DNA from: Botryllus schlosseri | Lineage: Eukaryota | Assembly: GCA_051294905.1 (NCBI GenBank) | Contig: CM119371.1 | Span: 18,230,001-18,294,000, forward strand | Length of the DNA stretch: 64,000 nucleotides | Direction: 5' to 3' | Notes under the pieces: generated by a model | Told to the model about the DNA's origin: nothing | What the model saw: only the letters and a program-made list of their open reading frames with translations | Databases searched by the model: none | Translations under genes and position numbers: made by a program | In this document: positions 1 through 10,501 of the stretch, in pieces | How positions within the stretch are numbered: the stretch's first letter is position 1 | Layout: every line of letters begins with the position of its first letter

Positions 1-311
1 CTTGGGAATCACTGATATAGAAGCTTTTCCTCGCATTTCCTGAGCGCCGATGTTACAGTTTTGTGCTTTAGTTTCTTATTCGCTTTTATATTCTGCTGCG
101 AAAGCATGCGCTAAGCGGCTAAAGTATGAGCTTAAGACGTTTCAGTGTCACTGACATGGCTACGATATATTGCTGTCATAATTCTCCATTGATTAGCTGA
201 CTTTGGGAAATCTGATGAGCGGTAAGCCCGTGCTCACTGCTCAACGGTTCATCGAGATTCGAGAGAAGACTTTGGCAATATTGAAGCGATCGTCGCCTCC
301 CTCATTCGGCT

Positions 312-383
312 TCCCAGTTGGTCTAGGGGTCAGGATTCCTGGCTTTCACCCAGGCGGCCCGGGTTCGATTCCCGGACTGGGAA
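312..383 (+). tRNA. tRNA-Glu, anticodon TTC
   Basis: 72-nt cloverleaf: acceptor stem TCCCAGT/ACTGGGA, anticodon arm CCTGG-CT-TTC-AC-CCAGG, T-loop GGTTCGATTCC; TTTT Pol III terminator at 386-389. Confidence 0.97.
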
Positions 384-1597
384 CGTTTTATTATTGGCTG
401 GAGAAGTTGAAGGAACACTGCGGAACTGCAGCTAAGATATTATTCGAATTTGCCCATTGCCCCATCAACCTGATCATCAACACTAATAGATTCAATTATT
501 ATTATTAGCTGGTTTGGAATAAATTGCACACTGCAGCAGATTTCACACCAACTTGCACTTTGAAACTGCTTGAGTCAATTGAGGTAAAACGTACTCAGCT
601 GCAGAGTTGCGGCATTATGCTCGAAATCAATCACTACCATATACTTAGACCACAGCATATATATTTCCATTGATTAGGCTGTCACCACCATAAAGCCATT
701 GAACCATCACCTTGACTCACACGAGAAGGATGCTCACTGCTCAGTAAACAAGTACACCTGCTTTTTCGAAGGACTTTTTTGCCTACACAGATGCGTATGT
801 TCCATACATCGCGGTTGCCATACCGTCCTTATTTATAAGATTTGTCCTTATTTTGAAGGGCCACGTCTTAGAAAACTCAACTGTACTTATTTCCAAGAAA
901 TATCCTTTTTTTCGACTTGCATAATATTCTAAATTTATGCTTTTGCATCGAGATTTTATGACATTATAAGTGAACGGAGCGAATCAGCCAATGAATCGCA
1001 AAATAATTTCAAAAATCAAACTATAGAGTATGACTGGAGTGACGACTCGATTGTTCTCCCATTGTTAGCCGGCAGAATGGTCACGGTCAGATGGATCCAC
1101 CCAAAACAGGATAGCTCAGTGCTTGTTTCAATGGCGTTCAAGGCGATTCGTCGTGTATTTCTTGAAGTTGCGTCGGAATTAGTTAGACAGTTCAACATTT
1201 AGGTAGCGGTGGCGAGTCGTTATGACTAGTGAATAATACTGTGTAGCCTATGTTACATTTCTCACGAGATTGATGTGATATTGTGGCTTTGATCCTTTGT
1301 AGAGTTTGCTACGTATATGAATAATGAATATGATGACGGAAGGTATAGAATATCTGGTTCGTGTGCATTGGCTATTGTGAGATGAACTCATGGAAAGAAA
1401 GACTGAAGAATACTACAAAGTGAACAAGTGGAAAGATCTTGAACTATACCGATATGCAATTCACAATATCGTTGATTGAAAATATGTCCTATATTAACTG
1501 AAGAAACTCGAGAATGAATATAACAAATAATATTGCAACTGTCTTGTAGTCTTATATAATGCCTGTCCGATAACCGCAGAAACTTGAGTATGACTAG

Positions 1598-3289
1598 CAG
1601 GACAGTAACTGCCGCACCCCAAACCCCCAATTGGGGGGGCGAGCTCAAAGGGGGTTCCAAATTATTTCGCGAATTAGCATAAATTATTGGGTATTTTTCA
1701 AAAATTTATGCAACTTTTTCAAAAAATTTTCGCGCTGCGTGTGATTTCAAGTTGCCAACTTTCTTAGTTATTTGGTAGCCTACTCTTCCCTAAGACAAAA
1801 TACGCAAGATTTGTCGAAATGGACATATCGGCGAGACATTTAAAGTTTTAGAACATGTAACATGCGACTCCAAGAAGTGTGACAGAACGATCGGCAGCGA
1901 GAAAACCTGGGCCAAAAAGGACTGCCCGCTTACGCTGACCGAAAACTTCGTTATATATGCAAAATGCATATAGGTTTAATTTTCCATAGGCGCCTAAATG
2001 ACTGGCGCCGAATGTTCCTGTCTTGGCAATCTCAACCTCAGAAGACAAATACCATTCCGCAGGGAAAAATTGTATGCCCGTGAAGAAATACCAATTTGAA
2101 ATCGCGTGGGTCGTTAGTCTAGTACAGTTGTTCTTAACCTTGCCTCCAGCGCCCCCCAAGGGGCGCTGGCGATTTTGAAGGGGGCGGAAACGCTCAGGGG
2201 GCGCTGGGCTCTGGGGGGCGCTGGAGAAAAATGTCTTGGCAGTAGATGATGTGGTGGTAGGACATATCCTTAATGAGTATTCAGAGCAAATTAACACCGA
2301 AAACTTCATTGTATATAACCTACAAAAGACATATAGGTTTAATCGTCAATGGGCGCCTAAATGACTGGCACCGAATGTTCCTGTCCTGGCAATCTGAACC
2401 TCAGAAGACGAATTCCATCTGGCAGGGAAAAATTATATGCCAGCGAAGAAATAGCAATTTGAAATCGTGTGCGTCTTTTAGTTTAGTACGATTGGGCGAC
2501 AGGGATATATAAAACTAGATTCTGTATTTTTTGATATAACAGACAGGAGATCACGAAATGACATCATGAAACGAAGTCATACCAACGGGGCCGCCCGCTC
2601 GAATATGTTCAATTATTATTTACGGGCCCTACAGTTTCCAAGCCACCTCATTCAGCTCTACCGGTAAATCTGACAACGTGAACAGAGAAAACAAGAAATT
2701 GATAGCAATATATTAGCAATTCCCAATATTATTAACCGATTTTATCATGAATTATCGAATATTTTCCCGCCTCGCGCTGGCTCACTACACTGTGGCCCTT
2801 ATTTCGTGACAAAAGCGAACAACGTGATGGGGGGGGGGCGGTTTATCACCCTATGGGAGCCCAAGACCCAAGTTTTATTGGGGGGGCTGGCCAAGTGCTG
2901 TTTCGTTCCTGCGAACGGGTATACGCCCAAAGATGTTCAATTATTATTGAGGGGTCCTACCATTTCAAACACACCTCACTCAGGTCCACCATTAAATCTG
3001 ATTACGTGGACAGAGAGAGGATAAAAATTGATAATAATATATATTTAATCCCCGATCATATTGACCGATTAAATCATGAATTTTGAAATTTTTTGCGCAT
3101 CGCGCGTGTGGACGTCCAAAGCTGCCCCACTAAACGGACGGTGAACACAGATGATGAGTAGCGGTACACAGCGTATAGCCAATTGGGGTCTGGGGGGCGA
3201 AGTCCCCTAGAAGTTCGGTTTATCACCCTATGAGGGGCCTATGACCAACGTTTTGGGGGGGGGGCTGACGAAGTGCTGTTACGGCCCTG
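1598..3289. mobile_element. Non-autonomous hAT-type element nested in the P-like element
   Basis: Imperfect TIRs CAGGACAGTAAC / GTTACGGCCCTG; 8-bp TSD ATGACTAG (1590-1597, 3290-3297); internal ~190-bp direct duplication (~1938-2124 / ~2296-2489), GC-rich palindrome ~2144-2225, older copy of the right end at ~2830-2911. Confidence 0.8.
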
Positions 3290-4249
3290 ATGACTAGAAC
3301 AAGAGCCTTGTGTAATGTTAATGTACTGCTTGAGCTCGACTTACAATAGCCGGAGCTTACTCCTTGAAAGGGTGCAAATCGCACTTAAAGGGAACTCGTT
3401 GTCATTGCCAAGAACACAGGAAGACGTCTGCCGGTCGACATTAGTAGTAAGCCAATGCACCACGTCAAGGTTTCGACCAACGCATTGGTTTCCTTTTTTA
3501 GGTAGGGAACCTCAATGTGGATAGGCAGCATTTGCCACAGAGAGAAAAAACTACCATACTGAAAGAGCATATTGTTCATTTTTTTTTCAAGCCATCTCGC
3601 AAACTTTTGGAAAATTTGGAGGACTTTTTTTGCTTCTCATGCAATGCAAACTTTGCAAAATTGTGAGACAAGATGTTATTCAAGTGTCTCATTGCCTTGT
3701 CCATGACATCCTCAACCTCATTTAGGTCTGAGCCAGATTGAAGTGACACAGTATGAATTAATTTGTTAAAGAATGGATCACAGTGAATTGCGTCAAGTAC
3801 CCTGAAAAAATTGATCTTTTTCAGGGGTTTTGCCATTTCTTTACTGTGGATAACATAAAAGCGGAGAACCATGCCATGAAACTGTTCAGACGGGCTCTTC
3901 AATCCACCGACTTTCTTCTGCATCACTTTAATGAGGTTTCCCGATGGCGCTGCAGATGTTAGGCATGTGGCAATTGCTTCGTTAGCTTGCTTAGAAATGG
4001 CTCCCAAAAGCACTCCACCAATATATTCAAGTATGTCTAAAAACATGTCAAAGTTTTTCCATGGAAAGGCAAAGTATCAAAAGCTATTTACTTACCAGAT
4101 TCCTTGCTGTTGACTCCTCCAATCTCTGTGATTGGATCCTGTTCTTTACCACACACGAGCGAATCAAACATTTTCAAAAGTAATGCTGAAGCTGGCAATT
4201 GCGGCAAACCCAGCAACTTGTTAGCTTGGTGACAGATATTAGAATAATG

Positions 4250-5186
4250 GGCACTTCTTCGTTATTCCCCACACATCCAGAAGTGATCACCATGAAACCA
4301 ATAAATGATTCCCATGAACATGTGAAATTTTATAGACGTCAAAATGAATTGTTTTTCGCGTTGGGGTGGGATAGACGGATATTAGGGTTGAGGAGAGGGG
4401 TTAGGGGGGTTAGGGTTAGGTTAGGGTTATGATTAGGGTTAGGGGAGGTGGGATATTAGGGTTAGGGGAGGTGGAATATTAGGGTTAGGGGAGGTGGGAT
4501 ATTAGGGTTGGGGGAGGTGGGATATTAGGGTTAGGGGTTTGGTTAGGGTTATGATTAGGGTTAGGGGAGGTGGAATATTAGGGTTAGTGGAGGTGGGATA
4601 TTAGGGTTAGGTTAGGGTTATGATTAGGGTTAGGGGAGGTGGGATATTAGGGTTAGGGGACGTGAATATTAGTGTTGAGGGAGAGGGTGATGTTAGGGGA
4701 GGCGGGATTTAGGGTTGGAGAGAGGGGGATGTTAGGGTTGGGGAGAGGGGTGATATTAGGGTTGGAGAAGAGGGTTAGGGACATGATATCCCACCTCCCC
4801 TAACCCTAACCTAACCCTAATATCCCACCTCCCCTAACCCTAATATCCCACCTCCCCTAACCCTAATATTCCACCTCCCCTAACCCTAATATCCCACCTC
4901 CCCTAACCCTAATCATAACCCTAACCCTAACATCCCCCTCTCCCCCAACCCTAATATCTCCCCTCTCCTCAACCCTAATATCCCCCTCACGTAACCCTAA
5001 TATCCCCCTCTCCCCCAACCCTAATATCTCCCCTCTCCTCAACCCTAATATCCGTCTATCCCACCCCAACGCGAAAAACAATTCATTTTGACGTTTATAA
5101 ATTTTTCTGTTTATGTTCATGGGGAAACATTTATTGGTGTCATGGGGATCATTTTTTCGATGTGTGGGGAATAACGAAGAAGTGCC
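4250..5186. mobile_element. Merlin-type foldback element filled with telomere-like minisatellite
   Basis: Termini GGCACTTCTTCGTTATTCCC...GGGAATAACGAAGAAGTGCC; 8-bp TSD GAATAATG (4242-4249, 5187-5194); ~150-bp unique inverted arms, then inverted satellite. GG...CC ends with an 8-bp TSD fit the Merlin/IS1016 superfamily. Confidence 0.8.
4380..5050. repeat. ~23-bp TTAGGG-containing minisatellite, G-rich then C-rich, inversion centre near 4785
   Basis: Unit GGGGAGGTGGGATATTAGGGTTA and variants up to ~4780, then its reverse complement (TAACCCTAATATCCCACCTCCCC). Confidence 0.92.
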
Positions 5187-5996
5187 GAATAATGTTGATA
5201 AAATCCGTCAACACCAAGTTTGCAATATTCAGAATGGAGTTGTTTCACCAATGGAACAGCTTTGGTCACGTCTAGTTCCTCGAATGATGGGGCGCATTCA
5301 AAGTATTTTTTGGTATTTACACAAGCCCTCTTCAAAACAGCAATTACAGCATCCTCAGATATATCCCAAGTACTGGTGGGAACTTTATGATTTTTGTAAT
5401 GTTTTTTCAGAGCTTTCACAGTCGGAAAGGATGCTTCGCATTCCTCACAAATCACACCTTTCCAGTTATCGAGTCCTTCGAAACATTCTTCAATTTCCAT
5501 TTCAGTCAGTTCCTCCCAGTCATCCCAAAGTGATGCAGCTGAATCAGTCATGATACCGATTTCTATCCGTGACGAAATATGATCTAAATCTGGCGAAAAA
5601 TATTACAGAGGCTACACAGTATTATTCACTAGTCATAACGACTCGCCACCGCTACCTAAATGTTGAACTGTCTAACTAATTCCGACGCAACTTCAAGCAA
5701 TACACGACGAATCGCCTTGAACGCCATTGAAACAAGCACGGAGCTATCCTGTTTTGGGTGGATCCATCTGACCGTGACCATTCTGCCGGCTAACAATGGG
5801 AGAACAATCGAGTCGTCACTCCAGTCATACTCTATAATCAAACCCATTGCTGTCATTGGTTACTGAACAACTCAACATATTCATCCTGCAACCTCTAAAA
5901 CAGCCACATTCCACTATTTCTCAAGTATGCAAAACTCCGCCTAACCTACCCATCTGAGTATTCATCCCCCGGGTGCTAACGCAATCTACTTCTGAC

Positions 5997-6997
5997 TAGG
6001 GATGGTGCGAACCTCTGAAAGGTTCAGGTTCGTGTGAACGCGAACCTTTTTGAAAGGTTCTGTGCGAACACGAACGTGAACCTCATGACGTCACGTGACG
6101 TCATATTGCTAATACCAATCCTATCTTTCAGTGAAGTGATAGCCTATACCGTACAGTGTACAGCTGTACACAATACCTAGCGACGACTCGGGCCACATAA
6201 TGCCACAATGCTGAGGTACATATCGGCGTTTTAAACGTCGCTAAATGTACAACTGAGGCAATTAAGTGATATAAAAATCAATATTTTCAATCGTCTAGCC
6301 AACAATTTCGACGACGACTTACCAGGGAATAAAAGCTTACGCCCTAACGGTCTAGCCCAGACCGGACAATGTATTCGGCGTCTGAGTACTGCTACATTGA
6401 TATCGAGCAGAGTGTAAAACAGGTTTCTATACTTGCTACCGATTTTACTCCATTAACAAGTTATACAGCAGTAGCCAACACCTCAACCGTACGGATTTGG
6501 ATTTAATGATACAGTGAACCTATGCAGTCAAGATTGACCCTGAACTCCTGCTAGATTTTTTACATCAGAAAACGATATTAATCTCATTGATTGGTGGAGT
6601 AAGCATCATTGCTGACTACGCATTTCGCTCGTGATGTTGTGTGATTGCGGGTCAAGCTCACAGGAGAGAGTCACTAAATGTTCACTAAGGGTAATAAAGC
6701 TGGATATTTCGAGCAAACAATTGTAACAAAGCAAGTAAGACTTTTGAGATTGCAAGGTGCATGGTCGTTTGGTTGTTTACTGTTGATTTTTATACTGCCA
6801 GCGCCATGCACTGAGTGGCCCGCAGTTGAAATGCAATAAATTTGAACGAAAAATGTGATAATGAAGGGAAAATTGTAATATACGCGAAAGGTTCGCAGTG
6901 CAGAACGTACCAAGGTTCTGTTGTGAACGTGAACCTCTAAATTTCCGAGGTTCACACACAGAACGCGAACGTGAACCTCGCGTTCACACCATCCCTA
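5997..6997 (+). mobile_element. hAT internal-deletion derivative
   Basis: TIRs TAGGGATGGTG/CACCATCCCTA; 8-bp TSD CTTCTGAC (5989-5996, 6998-7005); GTGAAC/GCGAAC subterminal repeats; remnant DINLIDWWSKH (~6574-6606) resembles the hAT C-terminal dimerisation motif. Inverted partial copy at ~41150-41430. Confidence 0.85.
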
Positions 6998-7288
6998 CTT
7001 CTGACCGAAATTACTTTCTCAAATTTCAAAAGTACTCGTACCTCATCTCTATTTTAGCCAGCAGTTTTGTCATTTCTCGGTAATGGCTACATCTACTTGT
7101 AATTGAACAGAAATTGGCACTATCAGACTGCAATCGAGAATGCTTTTACCATGTTTCCAACAAAATCCAGCTGTTAAGTCCTGATGACACCGATGAACAC
7201 CCGGAAACTACGCAGAACACACATCTACAGCCAACAATAACATTTCCTGATCCACAAATAGTGTATTAGCTCGATAAAACGTTTCCGA

Positions 7289-7362
7289 CTAATCGAAAAG
7301 TCCGAATCCCATGTCATCGTCAGATTCTTCTTCAGATTCCTCCTTCACCTCTTCTTTTTTCG
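7289..7362 (-). CDS. RPLP2: RPLP2 last coding exon
   Basis: ttttacag|..KKEEVKEESEEESDDDMGFGLFD*; conserved P-stalk C-terminus. Confidence 0.96.
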
Positions 7363-10281
7363 CTGTAAAAGAATAGAATACGTCAGTTATGCAGCTTTTC
7401 CACACGTCACGAAGTAATATATCCTAACTGCTACACATGTTGCTGTACGTCCACGCCAGCCATACATTGTTTTGAAATGGCCTGTGGTAAGCGTTATACA
7501 GCGTTCTATGTTCCTCCAGGTAAATACAGTGAATGCGTATGTGTAGGCACCCGCTGGGTAAGATCAAGGAGGGTAATCATGGTACTATTACAAAGTGCGA
7601 ACTTTGATAGGGATGGAAACGGGCTTTGTAGGGCCTCCCCCACATCTAACTAACCTATAGTACAGCAAGCAACATGATAGACCAGCAATTGGCTCTAGTT
7701 TGCAGCCACAGGGTGACAAGTCTGCCAATGGGGCACCGAGTGAATTGCAATACATACTCGTTTAAAGTAGATGCCATACGACCCAAATCACACCATTGGA
7801 ATGACGAAGGAGACCAGGCACAGCAAATCAAGAGGAATGATCACATTGCTGGTAAGCCAAACATTCTTACTGTACACAATTGTGGTGCCATTACGGACGA
7901 GATGTGGAAACCGTGTTCGCTTCGAGCATGGCAGACAGTTACGATCAAAATCCTGAACAAGTTTTGTTAAAACAACTGGGCAAGTAACCCCTGTCGGCTG
8001 TATAGAAACGCAGGCTACAAACCACCATCGATCACCTGTGACACGTTCATTCTAGTTTCAATACTGTATTATAACTTGGTATTCACCACTACTTGGTTAC
8101 AAATTTACTGAGTTGCCAGGCAAACAGCAACGCTCGACTACTCCAACCAACTACAGAGTATAGTGCTTGTTACAAATCACATGTCTATTACATAACGTAA
8201 CTATAATGATTAAGCAACATACCCTCGGCTTCACCACCAGCAGCGGCGGCAGCTCCACCACCAGAGCTAGCGACAGCACCACCGGATGGAACGCTGGCCA
8301 GTTTCGCTTGTCCTGGTAAAAGAAAATGTGATGTCAGACCACGTCAAGGACCAAAAAAAATGGTTGTTGATCGAACGGGGTCAGAGCCTCAGAACATTAT
8401 GATTCATTCACTTTCAGTCAGGCGAAAGATGGTAATATTTTGTTCATCACAGGCGTTGACAGGACAGTGAGCTGGGTGCAACGGTACACATGGTTAGGTG
8501 CTGGAGTGAGCTATAAGTGTTAGGTAGTTCAGACACTTAAAATGGATGACGGACATCGTAACAAACTTGGTATTCCAACAATTCATGATTCTTGTTTATA
8601 AATAATGACAATTGTTATATAGGCAGAAGAAGATGTATTCAGCATCAGCCCGGTACGAAACTACATCAGATGCGACTGCAAGATACAATGTTAGCATCGA
8701 CCAGTCACCATAAATGCTATATTAAGCATATCTAGTCTTTACAAATACTGTACCAAACCACTCAATTACCATGAAAGCTAATATTTGGTCAGGCTCCAAT
8801 AACAAAATTATAAATATGGATGGAATGGAACTGTGTGGCTGTCAATTTCCCAAGAACAATGCTACACAAAGTTCATGGTGGAACGTCGTTCGTTTCTACA
8901 AATGTACACAATGTGTAAAATGACAATGGCAGAAAGAATATCAAAATCTCGCAGTTGGATGGTCGGACACAAGGGCTCAAGTGCCCAGACTGGAATCGGT
9001 GGTTGTTTTCGACAACATATTGTGTGCTGTGACTGACAGATTTCTCGCATGATTAGAGAATTTGGTCCGTGTGACAGAATAGTTTATTACGGTCTGATTC
9101 GAGACTGAATTACTTATTAAACAAAACTATGTGCTAGAAAAGACCTGGTATGATACGCCGGACTAGGGTTACGCCATATATTTGTTGTTGAGCGAATGCC
9201 ACGCTTGCTTGCTTTCATCGTAAAGCACAAGCGTTTTATTCTGGATCTGGACCTTATTATCGCTTCGTGACGTTAGCATATTTCATTAATCGGCACGATC
9301 AGATATATATGCTCGCGTGACGCGTGCCGTTGCCACAGATTTCACTTTGGTCAGGTGCTACTTTTAGAACGCGCACAATAAAACGGAACACTATAGGCCG
9401 GTGATTATATCAGAATCCAAGGTTATAGTATATAGATAGAATGGAAATTAATCTATTGTATAGCATGCAAGCCAGCAGTTCTTCAGTCAGTACTTGCACG
9501 CACACTACGTGATAGACTTCAAAGCTGCTACAAAAGAGAATTTCAAGACTTAGTGGTAATGTCTTCAAATTATTTTCAAAAAGTCTTTGAAGACTAATCA
9601 GTCTTAGCAAGCACTTTCAATCATTAAACCAAGGAATAAATTGCCTAATATAACAGACCCTCCTCCCCCAGGGATTCAGTAAGACTGAATTTGCTGAAAT
9701 TGAGAACAAATCATTACATTGCCTAGTATTCAAGAACAAAATTACAAATTTTTTGTAGTGCACTGCTCAATATACAATTCTAGTAGGCTATTCATCAAGT
9801 CAAATCTCAATATTTGGTTCATTGCATGCTGATTAGTTAAAGATACAAGTGAATCTATCATTATTTTGATGCTCAAGAATAATTTATGTTTAGAAACACT
9901 GGACCAGACAGAAATTATGTTGATATTAATATCGATTATTAAAGAGTGGCTTCAATCATGGTTCAATAATCGAGGAGAGCATCAAGATCAACTTTACATC
10001 ATCATATACTTTGTTTCATTTTCAACCAGTGTTTCAACCAGTCTGTTTCAGATGCCACGAGTTCAGACACAATGAATCTGCGACATAATTCCACAAGAGA
10101 AAACCTCACCAGCTGCGATAACTTCTTCCAGGTTCTTGCCCTTCAATTCCTTCATGACAATGTCAAGTTTTTCATCATCTACATCGATTCCGACAGATCC
10201 AAGAATGGATTTGATGTCGCTGGCGCTTGGAGAAGCATTGCCACCCAGGGCAGCCAGGAGATACGCGGCCACGTAACGCAT
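7289..10281 (-). CDS. RPLP2: 60S acidic ribosomal protein P2 (111 aa, 3 coding exons)
   Basis: Exons 10281-10110, 8312-8223 and 7362-7289 with GT-AG introns and matching phases; MRYVAAYLLAALGGNASPS...KLASVPSGGAV...EESDDDMGFGLFD*. Confidence 0.97.
7435..7573 (-). ncRNA. Box H/ACA snoRNA candidate in the last RPLP2 intron
   Basis: Hairpin 1 CCTCC/GGAGG with upper stem CAGCGGGTGC/GCATTCACTG; hinge ATAGAA (ANANNA, 7509-7504); hairpin 2 GCTGTAT/GTACAGC with GCCAT/ATGGC; ACA 3 nt from the end; ~139 nt; ends 72 nt before the 3' splice site. Confidence 0.7.
8223..8312 (-). CDS. RPLP2: RPLP2 coding exon 2 (Ala/Gly hinge)
   Basis: tttaccag|...QAKLASVPSGGAVASSGGGAAAAGGEAE|gtatgt; 90 nt, phase 1-1. Confidence 0.95.
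8386..8454 (-). ncRNA. Box C/D snoRNA, SNORD51/SNORD32 (snR39)-type guide for 28S rRNA
   Basis: GCCT-GTGATGA(C)...TTACCATCTTTCG-C-CTGA(D')...TGAATGA(C')...CTGA(D)-GGC; terminal stem; guide complementary to the conserved LSU sequence CGAAAGAUGGUGA; 73 nt from the 3' splice site. Confidence 0.88.
10110..10281 (-). CDS. RPLP2: RPLP2 coding exon 1
   Basis: cag|A-ATG acceptor; MRYVAAYLL...LEEVIAAG|gtgagg. Confidence 0.96.
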
Positions 10282-10442
10282 TCTGAAGCACCGAAACAAC
10301 AGTTGATGAATTAGTAATACCAATCGCGAAATACAATCATCACTATATTGTAAATCGCATCGCTACAACCACCATAACTACAACATGCATTATTAATTAT
10401 ATAAATGACCAGTAGACACTGAATTAACGAATGTATACTCAC

Positions 10443-10501
10443 TTTTAAGTCCTGATAGACACGAAACGACAACGCGCGATGAGCTACTGAGTCAAAAGAG
10501 G
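10443..10501 (-). promoter_or_regulatory. TCT initiator / 5'TOP tract and non-coding first exon of RPLP2
   Basis: Minus-strand CCTCTTTTG at 10501-10493 fits YC+1TYTYY; the exon ends at AAAA|GTGAGT (donor 10442). Confidence 0.75.

Larger units (their letters stand above)
3576..5551 (-). pseudogene. Transposon-borne gene (C2H2 zinc finger + P-transposase-C-terminal-like region), 323 aa when reconstructed, disrupted by the 4250-5186 insertion
   Basis: Joining 5551-5187, 4241-4096 and 4036-3576 (GT-AG intron 4095-4037, phase 1) gives 972 nt with no internal stop: CEECEASFPTVKALKKHYKNH ... YQHYS|NICHQ ... NSKES|DILEYIGGVLL ... GGLKSPS ... KSLRDGLKKK. Confidence 0.75.
1022..5836. mobile_element. 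P-superfamily-like DNA transposon with long TIRs, carrying nested insertions
   Basis: 228-bp inverted repeats at 1022-1249 and 5609-5836 (2 mismatches seen); termini TATAGAG...CTCTATA; 7-bp direct repeat ATCAAAC at 1015-1021 and 5837-5843; internal ORF has YIGG...GGLKSPS, resembling the P/THAP9 transposase C-terminal region. Confidence 0.8.

Noticed and set aside
203..508. 101-aa ORF
   Set aside because: Reads through the tRNA-Glu gene; non-ATG start; no protein signature.
1016..1198. Duplicated ~60-aa ORFs (also 5660-5866 and 5656-5856)
   Set aside because: They are translations of the transposon TIRs.
4380..5050. Ancient telomere-telomere chromosome fusion site
   Set aside because: The array sits inside unique inverted arms with an 8-bp TSD and interrupts a restorable ORF, so it is a transposon insertion.
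8641..8718. Second box C/D snoRNA (ATGGTGA...CTGA with AGCA/TGCT stem)
   Set aside because: The C box lacks the A needed for the k-turn, stem spacing is off, and I recognised no target for the guide.
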